Made by a program: the position numbers and the translations under genes. Below, one piece after another: positions 24,225-39,605 of a DNA stretch of 64,000 nucleotides. The notes beneath the pieces are model-generated. The model was not told where the DNA came from, ran no database searches, and worked only from the letters and a program-made list of their open reading frames with translations. Source of the DNA: Mustelus asterias (taxonomy: Eukaryota); the NCBI RefSeq assembly GCF_964213995.1, contig NW_027590120.1, forward strand, positions 1,240,001 to 1,304,000. The letters are read 5' to 3'. Position 1 is the first letter of the stretch; each line of letters starts with the position of its first letter.

Positions 24225-24522
24225 AAAAGGAAGCGTCTCGCTGTATTGGTCAGGCTGCACTGCTGTTCCTATTCACAGGTGCTATCCCACTACTGAAGAG
24301 CACAGGGGATTTGACCTGCTCCGTTTCCGACCTGGGCCGGTTCACCCCTCCTTAGCACACCTGGTGCTCCCAGAGTCCTCTTGGAACACCATGCGGATAC
24401 TGATCTTAGTGTGGACACCCGATCGGCACAGAGAACAACAGCCCAGAACTCCCGACCTCAAGCAATCCAGCAGCCTCAGCCTCCCAGCAGCGGGATTACA
24501 GGTGCGCGCCACAACACCCGGC
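24225..24522 (-). ncRNA. RN7SL: 7SL (SRP) RNA gene
   Basis: 5' GCCGGGTGTTGTGGCGCGCACCTGTAATCCC Alu domain, S-domain CCCAGGTCGGAAACGGAGCAGG, ~298 nt ending in TTTT. Confidence 0.95.
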
Positions 24523-24956
24523 AAACGGAATCCTTGATTCAGCCGCCTTCAGTTCAAACAGCAGCAAGAGCTCGAATGCAGACATCACTGCAAATATAAT
24601 AGGCTGCTTCACTGACTCAACTGACCATAATTTGAGGAAGCTTCAACTTTGTGTGCTCAAGTTAGTCTAATTGACATCTTAAAATTCATTTGTGCGAATT
24701 TTTGTTTGTATTCATGGAACCTGTGTGAATATGTTCACTCAGTCCCGCCCTCAGCCCAGGTATCAGTGCCGTTGAAAATAAGGAGCCGTTTTCTCTGTTG
24801 GAATGGCACGCAGCAGCTCGGCTGTCTGCCCCTGAAATACACGCGTTTACTGCGCGCATCACAGCAGAGTGGAACAGAGACCTTTCCTTTTCCAGATCTC
24901 TGAATGTGACGCAGTGTTTTGCCAAGTGGAAGCTATGATACCAGAAGACCATGAGA

Positions 24957-25745
24957 CATAGAACATAGATAAACTACAGCACAAACAAGCCCTTCGGCCC
25001 ACAAGTTGCGCCGGTCATGTCCCTACCTACCTCGGCCGATATATAGGCTTACCTGTAACCCTCAATCCTATTAAGTCCCATGTACTCATCCAGGAGTCTC
25101 TTAAAAGACCCTATCGAGTTTGCCTCCACCACCATTGACGGCAGCCGATTCCACTCACCCACCACCCTCTGAGTGAAAAACTTACCTCTAACATCTCCCC
25201 TGTACCTACTACCCAGCACCTTAAACCTGTGTCCTCTTGTAGCAGCCATTTCAGCCCTGGGAAAAAGCCTCTGAGAATCCACCCGATCCATACCTCTCAA
25301 CATCTTGTACACCTCTATCACGTCACCTCTCATCCTTCGTCTCTCCAAGGAGAAAAGATCGAGCTCCCTCAACCTATCCTGATAAGGCATGCCACCCAAT
25401 CCAGGCAACATCCTTGTAAATCTTCTCTGCACTCTTTCAATAATTTTTACATCCTTCCTGTAATGAGGCGACCAGAACGGAGCACAATACTCTACGTGGC
25501 GTCTGACGAGGGTCTTATAAAGCTGCATCATTATCTCCCGACTCCTAAACTCAATCCCTCGATTGATGAAGACCAGCACACCATACGCCTTCTTAACCAC
25601 CTCCTCTACCTGTGAGGCCGATTTAAGAGTCCTAGGCACCTGGACCCCAAGGTCCTTCTGATCCTCTGCACTGCTTACCCTTGATATTATACTCCTTCAT
25701 CCCATTTGACCTGCCAAAATGTCCCACTACACATTTATCCGGGTT
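24957..25745 (-). mobile_element. CR1-clade LINE 3' fragment
   Basis: ORF 25049..25639 (KKAYGVL...RFTRMLPG...FFTQRVV). Confidence 0.92.
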
Positions 25746-26075
25746 CCAAAATGTACCACTACACATTTATCCGGGTTGTACCACTACACATTTATCCGGG
25801 TTGTACCACTACACATTTATCCGGGTTATCTGTGTTGTTTAAGTTTTTATGTAAACTTTTATCGTGCCTGTATAATATTTCACTCCTTTGTTTAGGTTCC
25901 TTCACAATTGAATTTCATAATGGACACCTCACTGTGAAGAGGTCAGTCAGAATTATCAGCAAGGATTAATCAGCACTTTCTCATTGGAGATGTTAATCAG
26001 TGGAACCCCTCACACACAGATTTGCAGAAAAGATTAATTAATTTAGGACTGAAGTAAAGTTCGTAATTTTATTGT

Positions 26076-28105
26076 TAAGAACATAAGAACATAAGAAATA
26101 GGAGCAGGAGTAGGCCTCGAGCCTGCCCCGCCATTCAATAAGATCATGGCTGATCTGACGTGGATCAGTACCACTTACCCGCCTGATCCCCATAACCCTT
26201 AATTCCCTTACCGATCAGGAATCCATCCATCCGCGCTTTAAACATATTCAGCGAGGTAGCCTCCACCACCTCAGTGGGCAGAGAATTCCAGAGATTCACC
26301 ACCCTCTGGGAGAAGAAGTTCCTCCTCAACTCTGTCTTAAACCGACCCCCCTTTATTTTGAGGCTGTGTCCTCTAGTTTTAACTTCCTTACTAAGTGGAA
26401 AGAATCTCTCCGCCTCCACCCTATCCAGCCCCCGCATTATCTTATAAGTCTCCATAAGATCCCCCCTCATCCTTCTAAACTCCAACGAGTACAAACCCAA
26501 TCTCCTCAGCCTCTCCTCATAATCCAAACCCCTCATCTCCGGTATCAACCTGGTGAACCTTCTCTGCACTCCCTCCAATGCCAATATATCCTTCCTCATA
26601 TAAGGGGACCAATACTGCACACAGTATTCCAGCTGCGGCCTCACCAATGCCCTGTACAGGTGCATCAAGACATCCCTGCTTTTATATTCTATCCCCCTCG
26701 CAATATAGGCCAACATCCCATTTGCCTTCTTGATCACCTGTTGTACCTGCAGACTGGGCTTTTGCGTCTCATGCACAAGGACCCCCAGGTCCCTTTGCAC
26801 GGTAGCATGTTTTAATTTGTTTCCATTGAGATAGTAATCCCATTTGTTATTATTTCCTCCAAAGTGTATAACCTCGCATTTCTCAACGTTATACTCCATT
26901 TGCCATATCCTCGCCCACTCACTCAGCCTGTCCAAATCTCTCTGCAGATCTTCTCCGTCCTCCACACGATTCACTTTTCCACTTATCTTTGTGTCGTCTG
27001 CAAACTTCGTTACCCTACACTCCGTCCCCTCCTCCAGATCATCTATATAAATGGTAAACAGTTGCGGCCCGAGTACCGATCCCTGCGGCACGCCACTAGT
27101 TACCTTCCTCCAACCGGAAAAACACCCATTTATTCCGACTCTTTGCTTCCTGTCGGATAGCCAGTCCCCAATCCACTTTAACACACTACCCCCAACTCCG
27201 TGTGCCCTAATCTTCTTCAGCAGCCTTTTATGGGGCACCTTATCAAACGCCTTTTGGAAATCCAAAAACACCGCATCCACCGGTTCTCCTCCATCAACCG
27301 CCCTCGTCACATCTTCATAAAAATCCAACATGTTCGTCAAGCACGACTTTCCCCTCATGAATCCATGCTGCGTCTGATTGATCGAACCATTTCTATCCAG
27401 ATGCCCTGCTATCTCCTCTTTAATAATGGATTCCAGCATTTTCCCTACTACAGACGTTAAGCTGACCGGCCTATAGTTACCCGCCTTTTGTCTCCTTCCT
27501 TTTTTAAACAGCGGCGTAACATTAGCCGTTTTCCAATCAACCGGCACTACCCCAGAATGCAACGAGTTTTGATAAATAATCACTAACGCATCCACTATTA
27601 CCTCTGACATTTCTTTCAATACCCTGGGATGCATTCCATCCGGACCCGGGGACTTGTCCACCTTCAGTCCCATTAGTCTACCCAGCACTGCCTCTCTGGT
27701 AACATTAATCGTATTAAGTGTTTCTCCTGCTGCCAACCCTCTATCGTTAATATTTGGCAAACTATTTGTGTCCTCCACCGTGAAGACCGACACAAAAAAC
27801 GTATTTAAAGACTCAGCCATATCCTCATTTCCCACTATTAACTCCCCCCTCTCGTCCTCCAAGGGTCCAACATTCACTCTAGCCACTCTATTCCTTTTTA
27901 TATATTTATAAAAACTTTTACTATCATTTTTTATATTAATTGCTAGCCTAGCTTCATAGTCTATCCTTCCTTTCTTTATCGCTTTCTTAGTCTCTCTTTG
28001 TTGTTTCTTAAATTTTTCCCAATCACTTGTTTCTCCACTATTTTTGGCCACTCTGTACGCAGCTGTTTTTATTTTAATACTCTCCTTTATTTCCTTCGTT
28101 ATCAT
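26076..28105 (-). mobile_element. Young 5'-truncated CR1-clade LINE with an uninterrupted 646-aa reverse transcriptase region
   Basis: KSPGPDGMHP, QHGFMRGKSC, GVPQGSVLGP, FADDTK; (TTCTTATG)n tail. Confidence 0.96.
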
Positions 28106-28619
28106 ATTAACTTTATGAACAGGTTCTTGTTGAGGATTCTTGAATTAAGGAGAAAGATCACAGAAGGTGCTTTTAAAAAGGAACATTGCAGCTCTGAAAA
28201 TCAGTGACATCTCCAGAATATTAAACTCCAACCACGGTGGCACAGTGGTTAGCACTGCTACCTCTTATTACCAGCGACCCGGGTTCGATTCCGCGCTTGG
28301 GTCATTGTGTGGAGTTTGCATGTTCTCCCCGTGCTTTGTAGATTTCTTCCAGGTGCCCCTGTTCCCTCCCACAGTCTGAAAGATGTGCTAGTTAGGTGCA
28401 TTAACCCGAACAGGCACCGGAGTTTCGTGATTAGGGGCATTTCTCAGTAAGTTCATTGCAGTGTTAATGAAGCCTTGCTTGTGACTAATAATTTTTTTAA
28501 AAAAAACTTTAAAGTTATAGGGATGATAACATCAGCAGAAACAAACCAGATATTGTCAGACTATCAATCCAGGCTGTGATTAAAAGCAGAATCCAATCCT
28601 TGCAGTCTATTATGAATTT

Positions 28620-30927
<2,308 letters not shown>

Positions 30928-31677
30928 CTGTAAAAGGAGTTCACAAATGTCATCACTGACAGTCCATTTTGAACAGACAATTCCAGTTTCTCCTGAACAT
31001 TTTTTCCTCTCTCGTTCCCCCAAATCTGTGAATCTCGTCCCACACACTCTCCCTCCTCCCCGGGCTGAAATCCAAAGTAAGAGTTTTAACAACACCAGGA
31101 AATTTCCACTCCATCTTACGAAGGAGCAGCGCTCCGAAAGCTAATGGCATTTGCCACCAAATAAACCTGTTGGATTTTAACGTGGTGTTGTTAAAACTCT
31201 TACTGTGTTTACCCCAGTCCAACGCCGGCATCTCCACATCCTGAAATCCAAACCCATCTCCCCATTTCTTTCCTCCACTCCCAGTTTTCTCCCTCCCTCT
31301 CCTCTGTTTGGGTTCAGTTCTCCAGCTCCTGTCTGCAGACTGACAATAAAACCAATGGGTCTTATTGGGGGTGTTGGGGCCTCCAGCGGGTGTTTGTGAA
31401 TCCTCCCCGCCCACCTCACAATGCCCCGGGGTGATTGACGGCAGGTCCGGACCAATAAAACATGGAGCGGTTGGTCCTCCAACCAATCGGAGGGGGGGGG
31501 GGGAGGGGGCGGGGTGGCGGCGGGAGGCCCGAGGCTTTCTCAGTGCGCATGCTCCGGGATGCACAGGATCCCGATGGAGGGAATCTGGGCCTGTTCTGGG
31601 GAAAAGCCCGAGCTGATTTCCCCGGTTCACAACCCGCTCCCGAGCTTTGTATTCGGGGCTTGGGGCCTGACATCCAC

Positions 31678-32610
31678 TGGCCGGCTCCATCCCCCCCTCA
31701 TTCCCCACCTGCCGGCTCCATCCCCCCTTCATTCCCCACCCGCCGGCTCCATCCCCCCCTCATTCCCCACCCGCCGGCTCCGTCCCCCCCTCATTCCCCA
31801 CCCGCCGGCTCCGTCCCTCCCTCATTCCCCACCCGCCGGCTCCGTCCCCCCCTCATTCCCCACCCGCCGGCTCCGTCCCTCCCTCATTCCCCACCCGCCG
31901 GCTCCATCCCCCCCTCATTCCCCACCCGCCGGCTCCATCCCCCCCCTCATTCCCCACCCGCCGGCTCCATCCCCTCCCTCATTCCCCACCCGCCGGCTCC
32001 ATCCCCCCCTCATTCCCCACCCGCCGGCTCCATCCCCCTTCATTCCCCACCCGCCGGCTCCATCCCTCCCTCATCCCCCACCCGCCGGCTCCATCCCTCC
32101 CTCATTCCCCACCCGCTGGCTCCATCCCCCCCATTCCCCACCTGCCGGCTCCATCCCCCCCTCATTCCCCACCCGCCGGCTCCATCCCCCCCTCATTCCC
32201 CACCCGCCGGCTCCATCCCCCCCTCATTCCCCACCCGCCGGCTCCATCCCCCCCTCATTCCCCACTCACCGGCTCCATCCCCCCCTCATTCCCCACCCGC
32301 CGGCTCCATCCCCCCCTCTTCCCCCACCGCCGGCTCCATCCCCCCCTCTTCCCCCACCGCCGGCTCCATCCCCCCCTCTTCCCCCACCGCCGGCTCCATC
32401 CCACCCTCATTCCCCACCCACCGGATCCATCCAAAGAACAAAGAACAATACAGCACAGGAACAGGCCCTTTGGCCCCCCAAGCCCATGCCGCTCCCTGGT
32501 CCAAACTAGACCATTCTTTTGTATCCCTCCATTCCCACCCACCGGCTCCGTCCCTCCCTCATTCCCCACCCGCCGGCTCCATCCCCCCCTCATTCCCCAC
32601 CCGCCGGTTT
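31678..32610. repeat. C-rich ~31-bp minisatellite (CCCACCCGCCGGCTCCATCCCCCCCTCATTC)n
   Basis: Periodicity read directly; G-runs on the minus strand. Confidence 0.95.
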
Positions 32611-35439
32611 CTGATGCGATGAGAATTTCCACCGCCTCAATCCTGAGCTCCCAGCAGCACTGCGCATGCTCCACATCACAATGCCCGGGCAGTGATTGAC
32701 GGTAACTCTGGACCAATAGGATGAGGGGGCGGAGCTGGAGGACCGAGCGGGAGCAGCTGGTCCTCCGAACAGTGGTTACCGCTGCTGCCTCATGGCGCCA
32801 GGGACCCGGGTTCAATTCTGGCCTCGGCTGTGGAGTTTGCATGTTCTCCCCGAATTTAACGTGGGTTTCCTCCGGTTTCCTCCCACAGCTCAAACATGTA
32901 CGGATTTCATGGATTGACCATGATGAATATGTGGGGTTGCGGAGATAGGACAGAGGAAACGGCCTGGGTGAATGCTGGTTCGGCGAGTCGGTGCAGACCA
33001 GATGGGCTGAAGGGCCTCTTTCTCCACTGTCGGGATTCTATGGTTCAATCGGAGTGAATGAGGGAAATATCGGAGCCCAGATTGGCGGAGACTCTGCATC
33101 ATTTTGAAAGCTGCTTTCTTTCAAACTCCACGAGAAAAATGGACCTTTTTGTTTGTGGCTTTAAGCAGATGATGGGAAAGGAAGGGATCTGGGAAGTAGC
33201 AGACACTTTATGTTGCTTTGGGAGAGTGGGACCTGTGTAGATGTCATGTTTCACACAACACACAGTCAGCTTGTGGTTTCAGCCTGAAGACAAATCTCCT
33301 AATTGTATAATTGAAATCAGTCAATGGAATTTTCAGGAAATTGTCTGCTTGGAGAGGAAGATTTATGTTACAGTAAATGAAAAGCAGAACAGACTGACAC
33401 CTAAACACAGAGATCCACAAACACTCTCTCCCTCTGTCTCACATAGAAGCATCCTTTCCTCACATACAGATACAGGCACATGCGCGCAGCTATATTCCTC
33501 AATACTCACACACGCTCACGTATACACCAACTCCCACACATAAACACACAGGGGATACTTCATGTCCTTTTGGGCAGACAACACCTGCCAACCTGACTAA
33601 TTTTGGAGTTAAAGTGTTCATGTAAGGGCCAAAAATTGCAAGGGAATCAAGGAAAAAATGATGCTCCAAAGATGATGTTGTTTTGACCATTCAATTCCAC
33701 CTCTTTATTTGAACCTTAAATCTATACTGAACCACGCTTGGTACAGATACAACAGCAAAACATTAACATTGAGTGATCATTGCCACCTATGCAGTGTATA
33801 GACTGAGGTGATCAATCATATATTTGCTGTCAGGCATGGAAATGTTTGTCTGAAAAATGTAATGCCAGTGTGGTGGAAATCTGAGAAGTGATACATATCT
33901 CGATATATTTGGATACATGTTTGGATTTTGTTCTCTGGAAATTGGGGAGTATTTGTGCAGAATTGTCCCTCATGAAATTAAATGAGTGTGGTAGAGTCCA
34001 TGATGAGATGGACATGCAGAAGAGCAGAAGAAATGGACTTGAAGTCAAATGATCATTTCTCACAACTACAAGATTTATTGCAGTGATTAGTCAAGGCTCC
34101 TCCAATTGCACTTTCCAATCTTGTGAACTCTGAACCTAAAAGATCATGGGCAGCAGGTGTGTATGAACTCCACCGCCTTCATGTTCCCCTCCAAATTGCA
34201 CACCATCCTGACTTGGAATTATATTGCTATTATATTGCATTGCATCATTGTCACTGCATTGAAATCGTGGATCACCTCCCAAAGAGAAGTGGGGTGTGTA
34301 CTGACACCATATGGACTGCAGCTGATCAAGAAGTTGGCTCACCACCATTTTGGAGTGTGGCTTTTGCCAGCCACACCCACATATCATGAAGTAAAAATCC
34401 ATGTGTGCTAATCTTAACACCTTGTGAAGTAAACCTCAAAATTTCAAAATACCCCACTCATTGAGGGAAATATGCAAAGCTAATGTGTAAAAAGTAGCTG
34501 CATCTTGCTTGTTTCTGTACAGGATTTAGATATTACTATTTCCACAGCCTTCAGTAAAATCAATGGCATAAAATCAATTTCCGAAATAATTGAGATTCTA
34601 AGGGCAGCACAGTGGTTAGCACTACTGCCTCACAGCGCCAGTGACCCAGGTTTGATTCCTGGCTTGGGGCACTGTCTTTGCAGAATATGCCTGTTCTGCC
34701 AGTGTCTGTGTGTGTTTTCCTTCTTGGTGCTCTGGTTTCCTGCCACAGTCCAAAGACGTGCTGGTTGGGTGCATTGGCCATGCTAAATTCTCCCTCAGCG
34801 TACCTGAACAGATGCTGGAGTGTGGCGATGAGGGGATTTTCACAGGAATTTCATTGCAGTGTTAATGTAAGCCCAGTTGTGACACTAATAAATAAAATAA
34901 ATTGTGTTATGAGCCCCATTTGGAGATAGTATGCAATATATAATTTAATTCTGGGATAATTGCAGTCACTAACTTTCCTCTTGTAATTTTGGCAGATCAT
35001 AGATGCTAAATCCTGTCACACTAATGGCCTAGTTATTGAAGGAAATTCTGAGACAGGCTACAAGGAGACAGAGCATAATGTTGTTGTGGCACTGTGATCC
35101 AATATTCCCCTCGCATTGACCATAGCTGCTCCAATGTGTTAGAACATTGCACTTTATCTAACAGTCACCGTTCACATTGTACATCTTCATAATTAATTGC
35201 AGTATTCCTGATATTCATGTGCTACTGAGATACCAGTGAATTCACATATGACTGTAGGAGAGGGTTTCTGTTCTTATTTCTACCTTCAGGTGACTTTCGA
35301 TTTCTGAACAATTCCAATTTCCTTCTCTGAATTGAGATAATGGTCTGTGCAATCAGGTCTCTATATGATATGTATCCTAGTTTTATTATTGGCCCTTCAG
35401 CCCCAGCTTGCACGCGATAACAACAAAGAAATCACGACA

Positions 35440-35820
35440 AACCATTTGTTCTATTCAATGGCAGGGCGTTTACCCAGCGTCCCAAGCGACGAGGAATGCC
35501 TCCGATCCAGGCAATCACGACCGCGCAGGCGCAGTAGTGACCGTGTTCTGAGCATGCGCAGAGGGAGTGTTGTGGAGTTGAAGTTGTTGTTTCTTGTCTC
35601 CGTGGCGGGTAAGGAAGCGGCGTGTCTGAGGGAGCGATGGGCGCAAAGGGAGGGCGGTAAGGTTTCATGAACACTTCGTGAATTCAAACCTCAAACACGA
35701 AGGTCCTGGGCCAGTCCCGGGTTTGTCCAGAGCCATTCGACTTCTGCAGAGACAAGCATGGATAAACGGCCGCCATCTTTCCTGGGGCGATGCGCAGTAA
35801 TGCGCATGCGCGGTGCTCCC
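35440..35820 (+). promoter_or_regulatory. CpG-rich promoter and non-coding first exon of ZNF-B (donor GCGG|GTAAGG ~35608)
   Basis: NRF1-type GCGCAGGCGCA, GCATGCGCA and TGCGCATGCGC; YY1 CGGCCGCCATCTT. Confidence 0.65.
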
Positions 35821-36489
35821 TGTCAGCAGGAGGAGAGAATGTTGTGATTTTCACAGAATCCCAACAGCGCAGAAAGAGGCCATTCGGCCCATCGAGTCTG
35901 CACCGACCACAATCCCACCCAGGCCCCATCCCCTTAACCCCATGCAGTTACCCTAGCTAGTCCCCCTGACACGAAGGGGCAATTTAACATGGTCAATCCA
36001 CCTAACCTGTGGGAGGAAACAGGAGCACCCGGAGGAAACCCATACAGATGTCTAGGAGGAAAATGTACAAACTCCACGCTGACAGTGACCCACGCCGGGA
36101 ATCGAATCCATGTCCCTGCTGCTGTGAGGCAGCAGTGCCACCGTGCCACTCCCTCATTTAAAGGTCAGTGTTTTGTGCAGACCCAGACTGAGTGGCAGGT
36201 TCCTTTCCCTGAAGGACATTAATGTACCGGTTGCGTTTTTACAAAAATCCAGCAGCTTTCATGGTCACTTTTTCCTTCATGCTGTCCCCATAAATTACCA
36301 GATTTATTCAGCTCAATTTCACAACCTGCCTTTGTGTTTTTGTGGTTATCTCTCACTCCCTTGTTTCTGTTTTAAATCAATTTCACAGGTTTTAGGAGGA
36401 CTTGCAGTCAGGAAATTCAAACCATACATCACACCCGGATCTGACAGTCGCACAACTTATCACAACGTGAATATCATCGGATTTTGAAC

Positions 36490-37752
36490 ATGGAAGGAAA
36501 AAGCACCATTCACAGTGGAGAGAAACCGTACGTGTGTTCTGTGTGTGGACGAGGCTTCAACCAATCATCTGACCTGTTGAGACACAAGCGCAGTCACACC
36601 AGGAAGAAACCGTGGAAATGTGAGGATTGTGGGAAGGGATTCAGATCCCCATCTCACCTTGAAAAGCATTGCCGCTGTCACACTGGGGAGAAGCCATTCA
36701 CCTGCTCTGACTGTGGGAAGGGATTCACTCAGTCAACCAACTTGCTGAGACACCAGCGAGTTCACAGTGGGGAGAGGCCAATGACCTCCTCTGAGTGTGC
36801 AAAGAAACGCCAACGAGTTCACACCGGGGAGAAGCCATTCATCTGCTCCGAGTGTGGGAAGAGATTCTCAAGGTCATCTAACCTGCTGATGCACCAGCGA
36901 GTTCACACTGAAGAGAAACCTTTTAAATGCTCAGACTGTGGGAAGTGCTATAAAAGTTCTGGGGAACTTTTGTCCCATCAACGTGTTCACACTGATGCGA
37001 GACCATTCAGGTGCTCTGACTGTGGGAGTGGGTTCAAGACATCCTCTGCCCTAACTAAACACCAGCGCACTCACACTAATGTGAGACCTTTCAGATGCTC
37101 TCAGTGTGGCACTGCATTCAGGCAATTGAGTAACCTGTCTGTACACCAGCGCACTCACACTGGGGAGAGGCCATTCACCTGCTCTCAGTGTGGGAAGGGA
37201 TTCGCTCATTCATGTACTCTGCAGAGACACCAGCGAGTTCACACTCACGAGAAACCTTACATCTGCTCCAAGTGTGGAAGACGATTCACTCAGTTATCGA
37301 CCCTGCTGAAACACCAGCAAGTTCACACGACTGAGAGACCATTTAAATGTCCAGACTGTGGGAAGAGCTATAAAAGTTCTGGGGAACTGATGCGCCATCA
37401 ACGTGTTCACACTGATGAGAGACCGTTCAGGTGTTCTCACTGTGAGACTGGGTTCAAGACATCATCTGCCCTCACTTCACACCAGCGCACTCACACTGAG
37501 GAGCGACCGTTTAAATGCCCAGACTGTGGGAAATGCTATAAAAGTTCAGGAGAACTGGTACGTCATCAACGTGTTCACACTGGGGAGAGACCGTTCAGGT
37601 GCTCTGACTGTGGGACTAGGTTCAGAGAATTATCTCATCTCACTGTGCACCGGCGCACTCACACTGGGGAGAGGCCATTCACCTGCTCTGTCTGTGGGAA
37701 GGGATTTGCTTCTTCATCCAATCTGCTGACACACCAGCGAGTTCATAAATGA
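36490..37752 (+). CDS. C2H2 zinc-finger protein ZNF-B (14 intact fingers plus 1 degenerate; no KRAB/SCAN visible)
   Basis: Uninterrupted [17 protein letters not shown]...HQRVHK*; splice acceptor ttcacag at 36388. Confidence 0.93.
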   Translation: MEGKSTIHSGEKPYVCSVCGRGFNQSSDLLRHKRSHTRKKPWKCEDCGKGFRSPSHLEKHCRCHTGEKPFTCSDCGKGFTQSTNLLRHQRVHSGERPMTSSECAKKRQRVHTGEKPFICSECGKRFSRSSNLLMHQRVHTEEKPFKCSDCGKCYKSSGELLSHQRVHTDARPFRCSDCGSGFKTSSALTKHQRTHTNVRPFRCSQCGTAFRQLSNLSVHQRTHTGERPFTCSQCGKGFAHSCTLQRHQRVHTHEKPYICSKCGRRFTQLSTLLKHQQVHTTERPFKCPDCGKSYKSSGELMRHQRVHTDERPFRCSHCETGFKTSSALTSHQRTHTEERPFKCPDCGKCYKSSGELVRHQRVHTGERPFRCSDCGTRFRELSHLTVHRRTHTGERPFTCSVCGKGFASSSNLLTHQRVHK

Positions 37753-39605
37753 CGACCGTGATTGGATTTTGCCATTATTTACATCCAGAAATGAAGCATG
37801 TTGATTGGGCTCTGTTTCTGCTGATGTTCATAAACTCCATCTCAGCTGAGTTAATATTCCAGATAAATGTTAAATCAATCAGATTTGTGTTGAATCTTTT
37901 TAATATCTCGAACATAGATCAATTCCTACTGAAGGTCTCTCCCTCACCCTTGTCTCCTCCATCCTCACCTCCAGCAACAAGCGAGGAGTTCATGGAGCTT
38001 CTTTGTCATTAAGCTTGAGACAATCTGATCAGCTGTTTCTGCTGCTTCGCTCCCTTCCACAAGCCCACCGGGACAAACTGTCTTTACCATGGTCAATCCA
38101 CCCGACCTACTCATCTTTGGACTGTGGGAAACCGGAGCACCCGAAGGAAACCCACGCAAACATGGGAGAATGGACAAATTCGACAAAGACAGTCCCCTGA
38201 GGTCGGAATTGAACCCGGGTCGCCGGTGCTGTGAGGCAGCAGTGCTAACCACTGTGCCACCGTGCTGCCTACCTCATCTACTGACACCTCAATGAGTTCA
38301 TGTGTCTTCAGGAGCTGCATTCTGCAGTTATTGCTGCTGTTAATCACATTCAAGACAAAATGTGTGGGATATTCCTGAGGTGTGTAAGAAAAGCATCCCA
38401 ACCACTCTCTTCCATGGTTCAGAGCTCCTCAACACGGGCGGCACTGTGGCACAGTGGTTGGAATGCTGCCTCACAGCGCCAGGAACCCGGGTTCAATTTC
38501 CAGCTTGGGTCACTGTCTGTGTGGAGTTTGCACATTTTCCCCGTGTCTACGTGGGTTTCCTCCGGGTGCTCCGGTTTCCTCCCACAGTCCAAAGATGTGA
38601 GGGTTAGGTGAATTGGCCATGATAAAATTCCCCTTAGTGTCGGGGCACTAGCTAAGATAAATTCATGGCGTTATGGGGATAGGGCCTGGGTGGGATTGTG
38701 GTTAGTGCAGATTCGATGGACCGAATGGCTTTCTGCATTGTAGGATTCTAAGACACGGAACAAAGATTCCTTTACAACTGTGTTTCGAGTTGGGAAGAAC
38801 AGCGGTGAATGCTGGCAGTGTGCTGTTAAATCAAAGATTGGTTTAAATCTGGGATCTGTTCCTGAAACAGCAGGTTTAAATTTCCAGACTGAAAATGACT
38901 GGTCAACATTTTGTGAAGATTATTTTTAATTCATTGCTTGTGGTCTATCCCTAACTGCCCTTGGACTGAGTGGCTTGCTTGCTGGACCATTCCAGAGTCA
39001 ACCACATCGTGTGGACCTGGAGTCACATGAAAGACTTACAGATGCTGCCAGACCTGCTGAGATTTTCCAGCATCCTCTGGCCTTATTCTGGAGTCGTATA
39101 AATTACTTCCCTAAAGGGCATCAGTGAATATCGCTGAACCAAATGGGTTTGAACAGCAATGGTTTCATGGTCATCGCTAGACCTTTAATTACAGATTTTT
39201 ATTGACTTCAGATTTCACCATTTGCTGTGGTGTGATTGGAAGCTGGCTCCCCAGAGCATTACCCTCGGACTCTGGGTTACTAGCCCAGTGACAATACCAC
39301 CACACCATCAGATTGAGAGCATTTGTGTGACAGTCCTGAGTCTACAACTTTCAGACCGGTGTTAATATGTTTAAAATAAACTGTTTTAAAATAAATCAAT
39401 TCAAGTCTACATTACATACTCGTTGAAGGAATTCACAGGAGCCTGGGACAATTATACAACAGACATGAGGAGCTGCAGTGTGTTTGCAGGAATGCCCTGT
39501 TTTATTGATGTGTGTGTGTTCTGACACCAGGATAACTAAAAATACACAAACCTGGAACATCCCCTGACTCCATTCCCAACAGTTACTCTGGGATTACTCC
39601 TTCTG

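Noticed and set aside
24240-24522. Primate Alu element or human contamination
   Set aside because: It has the full S domain and ~300-nt 7SL length with a TTTT terminator, and no dimeric structure or poly(A).
31462-32622. Proline-rich 386/331-aa ORFs
   Set aside because: Translations of a C-rich minisatellite that is open in several frames.
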